A DNA stretch of 64,000 nt from Neoechinorhynchus agilis (GCA_051530055.1 CM121341.1:3693761-3757760); one strand, 5' to 3'. Positions 12,725 to 24,488 are shown, numbered from the stretch's first letter. A program made the numbers and translations. Notes: generated by a model not told the origin, from the letters alone.

Positions 12725-15700
12725 TGTTTTTCTTTCATATTGAGTTGATTGGTCTTGCGACATCTTCTTTTTGGCCTCTCGCCTATATTCCTTTTTGGGA
12801 GCCTTTCGGCTGACTTGCACACATCGGAGGCGCTCAGCTGCACTCCAAGGGACAGGGCCAACCCCCTTTGGGGCCGATGGGCGACCTCAAACGTGACCCC
12901 AATACTTTCAGCAGCCTCGAACACCCGCGGAACCCAGCGTCCGGTGGCGTTGAACCATCGACATATCGAGCGCATTATGAACCCGCAAGCGGCCACTTGG
13001 TCCTATGGGCGGTTTATTTATTTGATCACACACGAATACTGTTAGCTTATGAGTTGTTTTCTTCAGATTGAGTTGATTGGTCTTGCGACATCTTCTTTTG
13101 GGCCTCTCGGCTATATAAATTTTTGGGAGCCTTTCGGCTGACTTGCACACATCGGAGGCGCTTAGCTGCACTCGAAGGGACAGGGCCAACCCCGTTTGGG
13201 GCCGATGGGCGACCTCAAACGTGACCCCAATCCCTTCAGCAGCCTCGAACACCCGCGGAATTCCGCGACCGATGGCGTTGAACTATCGACATAACGAGCG
13301 CATTATGGACGCGCACGCCGCCACTTGGCCCTATGTGTGGTTTATTTATTTGATCACACACGAATACTGTTAGCGTATGAGTTGTTTTCTTCAGATTGAG
13401 TTGATTGGTCTTGCGACATCTTCTTTTCGGCCTCTCGGCTATATAAATTTTTGGGAGCCTTTTGACTGACTTGCAAACATCGGAGGCGCTTAGCTGCACT
13501 CGAAGGGAAAGGGCCAACCCCCTTTGGGGCCGATGAGCGATCTCAAACCTTAATCTCACCCTTTTCAGCAGCCTCGAACACCAGCGGAACCCAGCGACCG
13601 GTGGCGTTGAACCATCGACATATCGAGCGCATTATGAACGCGCAAGCGGCCACTTGGTCCTATGTGTGGTTTATTTATTTGATCACACACGAATACTGTT
13701 AGTTTATGAGTTGTTTTCTTCAGATTGAGTTGATTGGTCTTGCGACATCTTCTTTTTTGCCTCTCGCCTGTATTCATTTTTGGGAGCCTTTCGGCTGACT
13801 TGCACACATCGGAGGCGCTTAGCTGCACTCGAAGGGACAGGGCCAACCCCCTTTGGGGCCGATGGGCGACCTCAAACCTTATTCTCACCCTTTTCAGCAG
13901 CCTCGAACACCGGCGGAACCCAGCGACCGGTGGCGTTGAACCATCGAGATATCGAGCGCATTATGAACGCGCAAGCGGCCACTTGGTCCTATGTGCGGTT
14001 TATTTATTTGATCACACACGAATACTGTTAGTTTATGAGTTGTTTTCTTCAGATTGAGTTGATTGGTCTTGCGACATCTTCTTTTGGGCCTCTCGGCTAT
14101 ATTCATTTTTGGGAGCCTTTCGGCTGACTTGCACACATCGGAGGCGCTAAGCCGCACTCGAAGGGACAGGGCCAACCCCCTTTGGGGCCGATGGGTTACC
14201 TCAAACCTGACCCACACTTTTTTCAGCAGCCTCGAACACCCGCGGAACCAAGCGACCGGTGGCCATATCGAGCGCATTATGAACGCGCACGCCGCCACTT
14301 GGTCCTATGTGTGGTTTATTTATTTGATCACACACGAATACTGTTAACTTATGAGTTGTTTTCTTCAGATTGAGTTGATTAGTCTTGCGACATCTTCTTT
14401 TGAGCCTCTCGGCTATATTCATTTTTGGGAGCCTTTCGGCTGACTTGCACACATCGGAGGACCTCAGCCGCACACGAAAGGACAGGGCCAACCCCCTTTG
14501 GGGCCGATGGGTTACCTCAAACCTGACCCACACTTTTTTCAGCAGCCTCGAACACCCGCGGAACCAAGCGACCGGTGGCCATATCGAGCGCATTATGAAC
14601 GCGCACGCCGCCACTTGGTCCTATGTGTGGTTTATTTATTTGATCACACACGAATACTGTTAGCTTATTACTTTTCTTCATATTGAGTTGATTAGTCTTG
14701 CGACATCATCTTTTGGGCTTCTCGCCTATATTCCTTTTTGGGAGCCTTTCGGCTGACTGGCACACATCGGAGGCGCTCAGCCGCACTCGAAAGGACAGGG
14801 CCAACCCCCTTTGGGGCCGATGGGCGACCTCAAACGTGACCCCAATCCTTTCAGCAGCCTCGAACACCCGCGGAATTCAGCGACCGATGGCGTTGAACTA
14901 TCGACATAACGAGCGCATTATGAACGCGCAAGCGGCCACTTGGTCCTATGTGTGGTTTATTTATTTGACCACACAACAATACTGTTAGCTTATGAGTTGT
15001 TTTCTTCAGATTGAGTTGATTGGTCTTGCGACATCTTCTTTTGGGCCTCTCGGCTATATAAATTTTTGGGAGCCTTTCGGCTGACTTGCACACATCGGAG
15101 GCGCTTAGCTGCACTCCTAAGGACAGGGCCAACCCCCTTTGGGGCCGATGGGCGACCTCAAACCTGAATCTCATTCTTTTCAGCAGCCTCGAACACCGGC
15201 GGAACCCAGCGACCGGTGGCGTTGAACCATCGACATATCGAGCGCATTATGAACGCGCACGCCGCAACTTGGTCCTATGTGTGGTTTATTTATTTGATCA
15301 CACACGAATACTGTTAGTTTATGAGTTGTTTTCTTCAGATTGAGTTGATTGGTCTTGCGACATCTTCTTTTTTGCCTCTCGCCTATATTCATTTTTGGGA
15401 GCCTTTCGGCTGACTTGCACACATCGGAGGCGCTTAGCTGCACTCGAAAGGACAGGGCCAACCCCCTTTGGGGCCGATGGGCGACCTCAAACCTTAATCT
15501 CACCCTTTTCAGCAGCCTCGAACACCAGCGGAACCCAGCGACCGGTGGCGTTGAACCATCGACATATCGAGCGCATTATGAACGCGCACGCGGCCACTGG
15601 GTCCTATGTGTTGTTTATTTATTTGACCACACACGAATACTGTTAGCTTATGAGTTGTTTTCTTCAGATTGAGTTGATTGGTCTTGCGACATCTTCTTTT

Positions 15701-17182
15701 TTGCCTCTCGCCTATATTCCTTTTTGGGAGCCTTTCGGCTGACTTGCACACATCGGAGGCGCTTAGCTGCACTCGAAGGGACAGGGCCAACCCCCTTTGG
15801 GGCCGATGGGCGACCTCAAACCTGAATCTCACCCTTTTCAGCAGCCTCGAACACCGGCGGAACCCAGCGACCGGTGGCGTTGAACCATCGACATATCGAG
15901 CGCATTATGAACGCGCAAGCGGCCACTTGGTCCTATGTGTGGTTTATTTATTTGATCACACACGAATACTGTTAGCTTATGAGTTGTTTTCTTCAGATTG
16001 AGTTGATTGGTCTTGCGACATCTTCTTTTTTGCCTCTCGCCTATATTCATTTTTGGGAGCCTTTCGGCTGACTTGCACACATCGGAGGCGCTAAGCCGCA
16101 CTCGAAGGGACAGGGCCAACCCCCTTTGGGGCCGATGGGTTACCTCAAACCTGACCCACACTTTTTTCAGCAGCCTCGAACACCCGCGGAACCAAGCGAC
16201 CGGTGGCCATATCGAGCGCATTATGAACGCGCACGCCGCCACTTGGTCCTATGTGTGGTTTATTTATTTGATCACACACGAATACTGTTAGCTTATGAGT
16301 TGTTTTCTTCATATCGAGTTGATTAGTCTTGCGACATCATCTTTTGGGCTTCTCGCCTATATTCCTTTTTGGGAGCCTTTCGACTGACTTGCACACATCC
16401 GAGGCGCTTAGTTGCACTCGAAGGGAAAGGGCCAACCCCCTTTGGGGCCGATGAGCGACCTCAAACCTTAATCTCACCCTTTTCAGCAGCCTCGAACACC
16501 CGCGGAACCAAGCGAGCGGTGGCGTTGAACCATCGATATATCGAGCGCATTATGAACGCGCACGCGGCCACTGGGTCCTATGTGTTGTTTATTTATTTGA
16601 CCACACACGAATACTGTTAGCTTATGAGTTGTTTTCTTCAGATTGAGTTGATTGGTCTTGCGACATCTTCTTTTGGGCCTCTCGGCTATATTCATTTATG
16701 GGAGCCTTTCGGATGACTTGCACACATCGGAGGCGCTCAGCCGCACTCGAAAGGACAGGGCCAACCCCCTTTGGGGCCGATGGGCGACCTCAAACGTGAC
16801 CCCAATCCTTTCAGCAGCCTCGAACACCCGCGGAATTCAGCGACCGATGGCGTTGAACTATCGACATAACGAGCGCATTATGAACGCGCAAGCGGCCACT
16901 TGGTCCTATGTGTGGTTTATTTATTTGACCACACAACAATACTGTTAGCTTATGAGTTGTTTTCTTCAGATTGAGTTGATTGGTCTTGCGACATGTTCTT
17001 TTGGGCCTCTCGGCTATATTCATTTTTGGGAGCCTTTCATCTGACTATCACACATCGGAGGCGCTTAGCTGCACTCGAAGATACAAAGCCGACCCTCTTT
17101 GGGGCCGATGGGTTATCTAAAACGTGACCCCTACCCTTTCAGCAGCCTCGAACACCCGTGGAACCCAGCGACCGGTGGCGTT
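12725..17182 (-). repeat. Tandem array 2, 329-bp unit (316-bp variant), ~13.5 copies, each with a tRNA-headed SINE-like core on the minus strand
   Basis: GAGTTGATTGGTCTTGCGAC recurs every 329 bp (identical ORF starts at 15349, 15678, 16007). The 316-bp variants lack GTTGAACCATCGA. The rightmost copy is cut at ~17182 by a Penelope-like fragment. Confidence 0.96.
15351..15604 (-). ncRNA. Representative tRNA-derived SINE-like / putative Pol III element (75-nt tRNA-like head at 15604-15530 plus hairpin-rich body)
   Basis: Minus strand reads GGACCCAG-TGGCCGCGT-GCGCG[TTCATAA]TGCGC-TCGATATGTC-GATGG[TTCAACG]CCACC-GGTCG-CTGGGTTCC. This gives an acceptor-like stem, an anticodon-like arm (CAT) and a T-loop/B-box, but no D-arm. 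Downstream hairpins are AGCC-GAAA-GGCT and GCC-GAGA-GGC. Confidence 0.55.
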
Positions 17183-17189
17183 TATGCTT

Positions 17190-17480
17190 CTCAGCATCGA
17201 TCCCCTGTTTCATCACCCAAGGATGATGACAGTGTCTCGATGCATGACTATTCTTTTTCGGCACGGTTTGCGAATACGATATGTCGTCAAGGATCCGGTG
17301 GAACTGTCTATCGCCGAGGTACTATGCATGGTGTTTTGACAGATAGTCCTGGAGCTCAAGAACTACTGAACGCTACAAACGTACTAACCATGGTGCTCTA
17401 ATGACGTCCACTTCAATCTACCCCACAGATCCCTGAAGAAGCCGTAATACGGCGAAATCTAGGAATAAAAATAAAGAGTT
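17190..17480 (+). mobile_element. Penelope-like element 3' fragment (GIY-YIG C-terminal remnant plus pseudo-LTR)
   Basis: VVKDPVELSIAEVLCMVF*QIVLELK resembles the PLE endonuclease tail (L.I.E...I....P.LN). It is followed by a minimal hammerhead and tandem AATAAA at 17464-17476. Confidence 0.55.
17430..17464 (+). ncRNA. Minimal type I hammerhead ribozyme (Penelope pLTR type)
   Basis: TCC-CTGAAGA-A-GCCG[TAATA]CGGC-GAA-ATCT-A-GGA. Core CUGANGA/GAAA is intact, stem I is TCC/GGA, stem II is 4 bp, stem III is near-palindromic ATCT, and the cleavage triplet is CUA. Confidence 0.75.
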
Positions 17481-17789
17481 GTCTTGAATCCAGTTCGCTT
17501 AGGTGTCTATTTAAATAATTTCTTTTATCTAGTCTGTAACGCCATTTTCATCGATTCGCCACATACAAAAAAAAGCAGCCAAGATAACGCGTCCTCGATG
17601 CCGGCAATTTTAAGAGAATAATTTAAAAAAACTAAAAGAAAATTAGCTTCTTTAAAATCCCTTTTGATTTTTCAGCATAATCATCCCACATTTGCCGAAC
17701 GCCTATTTAATAGAAGTAAAAATTACTTGGTTTCTTGTCCGGCAACACAATGTCGTATTTGCTTGGTAAAGGTCGTCTCGGATTTCTCG

Positions 17790-20700
17790 GCGTTTTTTCC
17801 AGTCCGCAAACGTAAATCCGAACAAATGAATCAATTTTCGAGTTTTTTTCTTTGTTCTCATTAGGCAGAATTTTAACACGGAAGAATGCATAAAATCAAT
17901 TTTTAATTACGGCGATCGAGTAGAAATATTAAAATTTCTAGCGATATGCGAATACGGCAAATGGACGCGTTTTTCCCAATTCGTTGACGTAAATCCGAAT
18001 GAATCAATTTTCGTGTATTTTCTTTGTTCTCCTGGACACGAATGACGTCACCTCAACTCCGACGCGAAAATACGGTTGACTTTGTTGAAGGCAGAATTTT
18101 AACACGGAAGAATGCATAAAATCAATTTTTAATGACGACGATCGAGTAGAAATATTAAAATTTCTAGCGAAATGCGAATACGGCACATGGACGCGTTTTT
18201 CCCAATTCGTTGACGTAAATCCGAATGAATCAATTTTGGTGTACTTTCTTTGCTCTCCTGGGCACGAATTACGTCACCTCAACTCCGACGCGAAAATTCG
18301 GTTGACTTTGTTGAAGGCAGAATTTTAACACGGAAGAATGCATAAAATCAATTTTTAATGACGACGATCGAGTAGAAATATTAAAATTTCTAGCGAAATG
18401 CGAATACGGCACGTGGACGCGATTTTTCCCATTCGTTGACGTAAATCCGAATGAATCAATTTTCGTGTACTTTCTTTGCTCTCCTGTGCACGAAAATACG
18501 GTTGACTTTGTTGAAGGCAGAATTTTAGCACGGAAGAATGCATAAAATCAATTTTTAATTACGACGATCGAGTAGAAATATTAAAATTTCTAGCGATATG
18601 CGAATACGGCACATGGACGCGATTTCCCAATTCGTTGCGTAAATCCGATGAATCAATTTTCGTGTACTTTCTTTGCTCTCCTGGGCACGAATTACGTCAC
18701 CTCAACTCCGACGCGAAAATTCGGTTGACTTTGTTGAAGGCAGAATTTTAACACGGAAGAATGCATAAAATCAATTTTTAATGACGACGATCGAGTAGAA
18801 ATATTAAAATTTCTAGCGAAATGCGAATACGGCACGTGGACGCGATTTTTCCCATTCGTTGACGTAAATCCGAATGAATCAATTTTCGTGTACTTTCTTT
18901 GCTCTCCTGTGCGAAAATACGGTTGACTTTGTTGAAGGCAGAATTTTAACACGGAAGAATGCATAAAATCAATTTTAATTACGACGATCGAGTAGAAATA
19001 TTAAAATTTCTAGCGATATGCGAATACGGCACATGGACGCGATTTTCCCAATTCGTTGGCGTAAATCCGAATGAATCAATTTTCGTGTACTTTCTTTGTT
19101 CTCCTTGGCCGAATACGTCACCTCAACTCCGACGCGAAAATACGGTTGACTTTGTTGAAGGCAGAATTTTAACACGGAAGAATGCATAAAATCAATTTTT
19201 AATTACGGCGATCGAGTAGAAATATTAAAATTTCTAGCGATATGCGAATACGGCACATGGACGCGTTTTTCCCAATTCGTTGGCGTAAATCCGAATGAAT
19301 CAATTTTCGTGTACTTTCTTTGCTCTCCTGGGCACGAATTACGTCACCTCAACTCCGACGCGAAAATACGGTTGACTTTGTTGAAGGCAGAATTTTAACA
19401 CGGAAGAATGCATAAAATCAATTTTTAATGACGACGATCGAGTAGAAATATTAAAATTTCTAGCGAAATGCGAATACGGCACATGGACGCGTTTTTCCCA
19501 ATTCGTTGACGTAAATCCGAATGAATCAATTTTCGTGTACTTTCTTTGCTCTCCTGGGCACGAATTACGTCACCTCAACTCCGACGCGAAAATTCGGTTG
19601 ACTTTGTTGAAGGCAGAATTTTAACACGGAAGAATGCATAAAATCAATTTTTAATGACGACGATCGAGTAGAAATATTAAAATTTCTAGCGAAATGCGAA
19701 TACGGCACATGGACGCGATTTTTCCCATTCGTTGACGTAAATCCGAATGAATCAATTTTCGTGTACTTTCTTTGCTCTCCTGTGCACGAAAATACGGTTG
19801 ACTTTGTTGAAGGCAGAATTTTAACACGGAAGAATGCATAAAATCAATTTTTAATTACGACGATCGAGTAGAAATATTAAAATTTCTAGCGATATGCGAA
19901 TACGGCATGGACGCGTTTCCCAATTCGTTGACGTAAATCCGAATGAATCAATTTTCGTGTACTTTCTTTGCTCTCCTGGGCACGAATTACCACCCACCCA
20001 CGAAAATCGGTTGACTTTGTTGAAGGCAGAATTTTAACACGGAAGAATGCATAAATCAATTTTTAATACAAACAAACTCCTCCTGCCGAAAATACGGTTG
20101 ACTTTGTTGAAGGCAGAATTTTAACACGGAAGAATGCATAAAATCAATTTTTAATTACGACGATCGAGTAGAAATATTAAAATTTCTAGCGAAATGCGAA
20201 TACGGCACATGGACGCGTTTTTCCCAATTCGTTGGCGTAAATCCGAATGAATCAATTTTCGTGTACTTTCTTTGCTCTCCTGGGCACGAATTACGTCACC
20301 TCAACTCCGACGCGAAAATTCGGTTGACTTTGTTGAAGGCAGAATTTTAACACGGAAGAATGCATAAAATCAATTTTTAATGACGACGATCGAGTAGAAA
20401 TATTAAAATTTCTAGCGAAATGCGAATACGGCACGTGGACGCGATTTTTCCCATTCGTTGACGTAAATCCGAATGAATCAATTTTCGTGTACTTTCTTTG
20501 CTCTCCTGTGCACGAAAATACGGTTGACTTTGTTGAAGGCAGAATTTTAACACGGAAGAATGCATAAAATCAATTTTTAATTACGACGATCGAGTAGAAA
20601 TATTAAAATTTCTAGCGATATGCGAATACGGCACATGGACGCGATTTTCCCAATTCGTTGACGTAAATCCGAATGAATCAATTTTCGTGTACTTTCTTTG

Positions 20701-22042
20701 CTCTCCTGGGCACGAATTACGTCACCTCAACTCCGACGCGAAAATTCGGTTGACTTTGTTGAAGGCAGAATTTTAACACGGAAGAATGCATAAAATCAAT
20801 TTTTAATGACGACGATCGAGTAGAAATATTAAAATTTCTAGCGAAATGCGAATACGGCACGTGGACGCGATTTTTCCCATTCGTTGACGTAAATCCGAAT
20901 GAATCAATTTTCGTGTACTTTCTTTGCTCTCCTGTGCACGAAAATACGGTTGACTTTGTTGAAGGCAGAATTTTAACACGGAAGAATGCATAAAATCAAT
21001 TTTTAATGACGACGATCGAGTAGAAATATTAAAATTTCTAGCGAAATGCGAATACGGCACATGGACGCGATTTTCCCAATTCGTTGGCGTAAATCCGAAT
21101 GAATCAATTTTCGTGTACTTTCTTTGCTCTCCTGTGCACGAATGACGTCACCTCAACTCCGACGCGAAAATACGGTTGACTTTGTTGAAGGCAGAATTTT
21201 AACACGGAAGAATGCATAAAATCAATTTTTAATTACGACGATCGAGTAGAAATATTAAAATTTCTAGCGATATGCGAATACGGCACATGGACGCGTTTTT
21301 CCCAATTCGTTGACGTAAATCCGAATGAATCAATTTTCGTGTACTTTCTTTGCTCTCCTGTGCACGAATTACGTCACCTCAACTCCGACGCGAAAATACG
21401 GTTGACTTTGTTGAAGGCAGAATTTTAACACGGAAGAATGCATAAAATCAATTTTTAATGACGACGATCGAGTAGAAATATTAAAATTTCTAGCGAAATG
21501 CGAATACGGCACATGGACGCGATTTTCCCAATTCGTTGGCGTAAATCCGAGTGAATCAATTTTCGTGTACTTTCTTTGCTCTCCTGTGCACGAATTACGT
21601 CACCTCAACTCCGACGCGAAAATACGGTTGACTTTGTTGAAGGCAGAATTTTAACACGGAAGAATGCATAAAATCAATTTTTAATGACGACGATCGAGTA
21701 GAAATATTAAAATTTCTAGCGAAATGCGAATACGGCACATGGACGCGATTTTCCCAATTCGTTGGCGTAAATCCGAGTGAATCAATTTTCGTGTACTTTC
21801 TTTGCTCTCCTGTGCACGAATTACGTCACCTCAACTCCGACGCGAAAATACGGTTGACTTTGTTGAAGGCAGAATTTTAACACGGAAGAATGCATAAAAT
21901 CAATTTTTAATGACGACGATCGAGTAGAAATATTAAATTTTCTAGCGAAATGCGAATACGGCACATGGACGCGATTTTACCAATTCGTTGGCGTAAATCC
22001 GAATGAATCAATTTTCGTGTATTTTCTTTGTTCTCCTTGGCC
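17790..22042. repeat. Tandem array 3, 226-bp and 200-bp units (~19-20 copies)
   Basis: GGCAGAATTTTAACACGG occurs at 18090, 18316 and 18516. The 200-bp unit lacks 26 bp between two CGAA words. The first copy (~17790-17863) is degenerate, and the last ends 20 nt before the RAD51 ATG. Confidence 0.97.
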
Positions 22043-22062
22043 AGGTTTATCGATATTTTTAG

Positions 22063-23157
22063 ATGGCGACAAAGCGTGCAGAACGTAAAGCGGCAGCTTT
22101 GGCACAACAAGAAGCAGCAACGCCTGTGCTTGAGACGAGTGCTCCATTGTCAGAGCAGCGACTTGATCAGGACATTTCGGTATGTGGTCCGATTCCAATT
22201 AGTCGTCTATCATCGATTCCACAATCGGGCATAAGCAGTGCAGACGTTCGTAAATTAGAGGATGCCGGATTCCATACGATAGAGTCTGTAGCGTTTACGC
22301 CTAAGAAATGTCTGATACAAATAAAAGGAATAAGCGAAGTGAAGGCAGACAAGATCTTGTCAGAAGCTCAAAAACTGATTCCGATGGGTTTTACTACAGC
22401 TAGCGAGATTCATAAAAAGCGTGCTGATATGATTCAGTTGACGACTGGTTGTAAGGATTTGGATAAACTTTTAGGCGGTGGGATAGAGACTGGATCTCTT
22501 ACTGAGATATTCGGAGAGTTTCGTACTGGGAAGACTCAATTGTGCCATATGTTGGCAGTGACTTGTCAATTACCGATCGATATGGGCGGTGGAGAAGGAA
22601 AGGCGATTTATATTGATACCGAGAACACGTTTCGTCCTGAGAGATTACTTGCTATTGCAGATAAGTTTAATCTATGTGGTCCGGATGTATTAGATAATGT
22701 GGCTGTTGCTAGAGCTTATAATACAGATCATCAACAACAACTCCTTCTTCAGGCTTCAGCGATGATGTGCGAATCGAGATACGCTTTATTAGTCGTCGAT
22801 AGCTCTACTGCTCTATATAGAACTGATTTCTCAGGTCGAGGAGAATTGAGTGCAAGGCAAATGCATTTGGCTCGGTTTCTTCGGGCTCTGATGAGACTTG
22901 CGGACGAATTCGGAGTTGCTGTCGTTATAACGAATCAAGTTGTTAGTCAAGTGGACGGTGCGGCCAGTATGTTCTGTGGAGATTCCAAGAAACCGATCGG
23001 TGGAAATATCATGGCTCATGCTTCAACTACGAGACTTTACTTGAGAAAAGGAAGAGGAGAAAATAGAATTTGTAAGATCTATGACAGTCCATGTTTGCCT
23101 GAAGCAGAAGCAATGTTTGCTATTGGTTCAGACGGAATACAAGACGTCAGCGATTGA
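22063..23157 (+). CDS. RAD51: DNA repair recombinase RAD51, intronless, 364 aa
   Basis: N-terminal HhH region ([20 protein letters not shown]), Walker A GEFRTGKT, Walker [30 protein letters not shown] and [16 protein letters not shown] are diagnostic of RAD51 rather than DMC1. C-terminal [15 protein letters not shown]. Confidence 0.98.
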   Translation: MATKRAERKAAALAQQEAATPVLETSAPLSEQRLDQDISVCGPIPISRLSSIPQSGISSADVRKLEDAGFHTIESVAFTPKKCLIQIKGISEVKADKILSEAQKLIPMGFTTASEIHKKRADMIQLTTGCKDLDKLLGGGIETGSLTEIFGEFRTGKTQLCHMLAVTCQLPIDMGGGEGKAIYIDTENTFRPERLLAIADKFNLCGPDVLDNVAVARAYNTDHQQQLLLQASAMMCESRYALLVVDSSTALYRTDFSGRGELSARQMHLARFLRALMRLADEFGVAVVITNQVVSQVDGAASMFCGDSKKPIGGNIMAHASTTRLYLRKGRGENRICKIYDSPCLPEAEAMFAIGSDGIQDVSD

Positions 23158-23799
23158 AAATCGAACTTTTCACATCGAGAATGTTTTAGGTTATGTTTCT
23201 TTTATTCGAACGTTACGTTTTTCAATAATACACATTAAAATAACATTTTTGATCGCGTTTTAAAAAAATCCGTCATTAAAATGAAGATTGAATTCATTGA
23301 CGATAAAAAGTCAGGAAAGGGAAGAGAATCGCCGAATCAAAAACCTGCAAAGTTTATTACACGTTTATTTGTTAATTAACAGAGAAAAGGACTCATGTAA
23401 CTCCAATTCGCTGCAGGGGTCCTCATGAACACTCGCATTTGCAGGATATTGATTTCGGACTTGGTTGGTGAAATTGTTTTTAGTCTGTTAGTTTATTTTG
23501 ATTTATTTGATTTTGGTTGGTTAATTTGTAGTTGTTGTTTTCCGCTCTTTCCCCCAAATCAATTCGCATTTGAACGATTGAGCGGCTGAACAGAAAAAGC
23601 GAAGGTAGAGATTTTTGCGAGGAACTGGAGGATGGAAAATGTCGGGGCGACGCGAGTGTTGTAAGTGTGAGTAAAAGGAGAAATCAGAGGTTGAAATTGA
23701 ATCGGAAGAGAATGAAGGCACTTTGAGTGCTTTTAAAAGATTAGAAAAAGGTGTTTTTCTGGGAGCAGATTAGAACGCACCTCTTGTGAAATGTATTAA

Positions 23800-24200
23800 G
23801 TTTTTTGAATAGTTTACAAGAAAGATTGCAGAATGTTGGATATGCGCGTAGGCGAGCGTTGGTTGGATGGCGATGTTATAAAAGTACTTGAGGTCTTTGG
23901 ATGATAATCCAAGGAATCGGGACGTTTAAGAAGATAGAATTTAATAGACCCTTCGAGCAACAAGTTGATGTGTGTTTGTCCTACTTTAGATTTTCCTGAA
24001 AATGAAGACCAAGGATACGAACAGGGGAGCCATGGTTGGTAGGAAAAGGAAAAAGTGCTTGATCGAAAGGGTGATTTGAGCTCGAGGGTAAGATTTCGAA
24101 GCATTTGGTTAAGGGTAAGACATTTAGAGGAGCAAAATGCTTGAACGTGAAAAATCTCGTTAGAAGTAAGTGCATGCGTAATGATTGTGAGATCTTCAGC
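23800..24200 (-). mobile_element. Degenerate Penelope-like RT N-terminal remnant (tentative)
   Basis: KFYLL...RSPTRISNILQSF resembles the PLE RT motif FY.LPKIHK...RPIVS...SPT..IS..L. It lies just downstream (minus strand) of hammerhead-bearing inverted repeats. Confidence 0.35.
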
Positions 24201-24296
24201 ATAAAAAGAAGTATTTAGAACGCTTTCGTCGGCGATACTTTTTAAATCACTAATTTGAATTCCCTGTGTTAGAATGTAAAACCTGCATGTATTTGA

Positions 24297-24488
24297 TTCA
24301 ATTTCAATTAGCGATATACACCCAGAAATAGATTTATATTGGAAATTTTCGGCCTTTTCGTTGGCTTTCTTCAGTCAACGCTGAAGTGACAAACTTGCGA
24401 AACAATCTGACTGAAGAAGGCCAAAGAAAAGACCGAAAATTTTCAATATAAATCTATTTCTGAGTGAATATCGCTAATTGAAATTGAA
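24297..24488. repeat. 192-bp imperfect palindrome (~80-bp arms); each arm carries a minimal hammerhead-like motif
   Basis: Left arm TTCAATTTCAATTAGCGATAT...CTTTCTTCAGTCA is the reverse complement of right arm TGACTGAAGAAGG...ATATCGCTAATTGAAATTGAA. Motifs are at 24408-24445 (+) and 24378-24339 (-). Confidence 0.9.

Noticed and set aside
13098-13145. Sm-site-like ATTTTTGG between two hairpins on the plus strand of array 2 (SL RNA or snRNA idea)
   Set aside because: There is no convincing leader/GT donor upstream, the segment is deleted in the homologous array 4 core, and the tRNA head and GNRA loops favour the opposite strand. An Infernal search and leader discovery would settle it.
15530-15604. 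Functional tRNA-Met gene
   Set aside because: There is no D-arm, there are extra bases between the T-arm and acceptor strand, and the anticodon differs in array 4. Treated as tRNA-derived instead.
19985-20090. C/A-rich interruptions in arrays (also ~2244-2256 and ~9529-9540)
   Set aside because: Short low-complexity patches replacing repeat sequence, accompanied by homopolymer deletions. They look like long-read basecalling errors rather than insertions; raw reads would confirm.
22045-22062. 18-nt GT...AG mini-intron before the RAD51 ATG
   Set aside because: Far shorter than the 43-52-nt introns seen here. Only the acceptor-like AG is retained as an observation.
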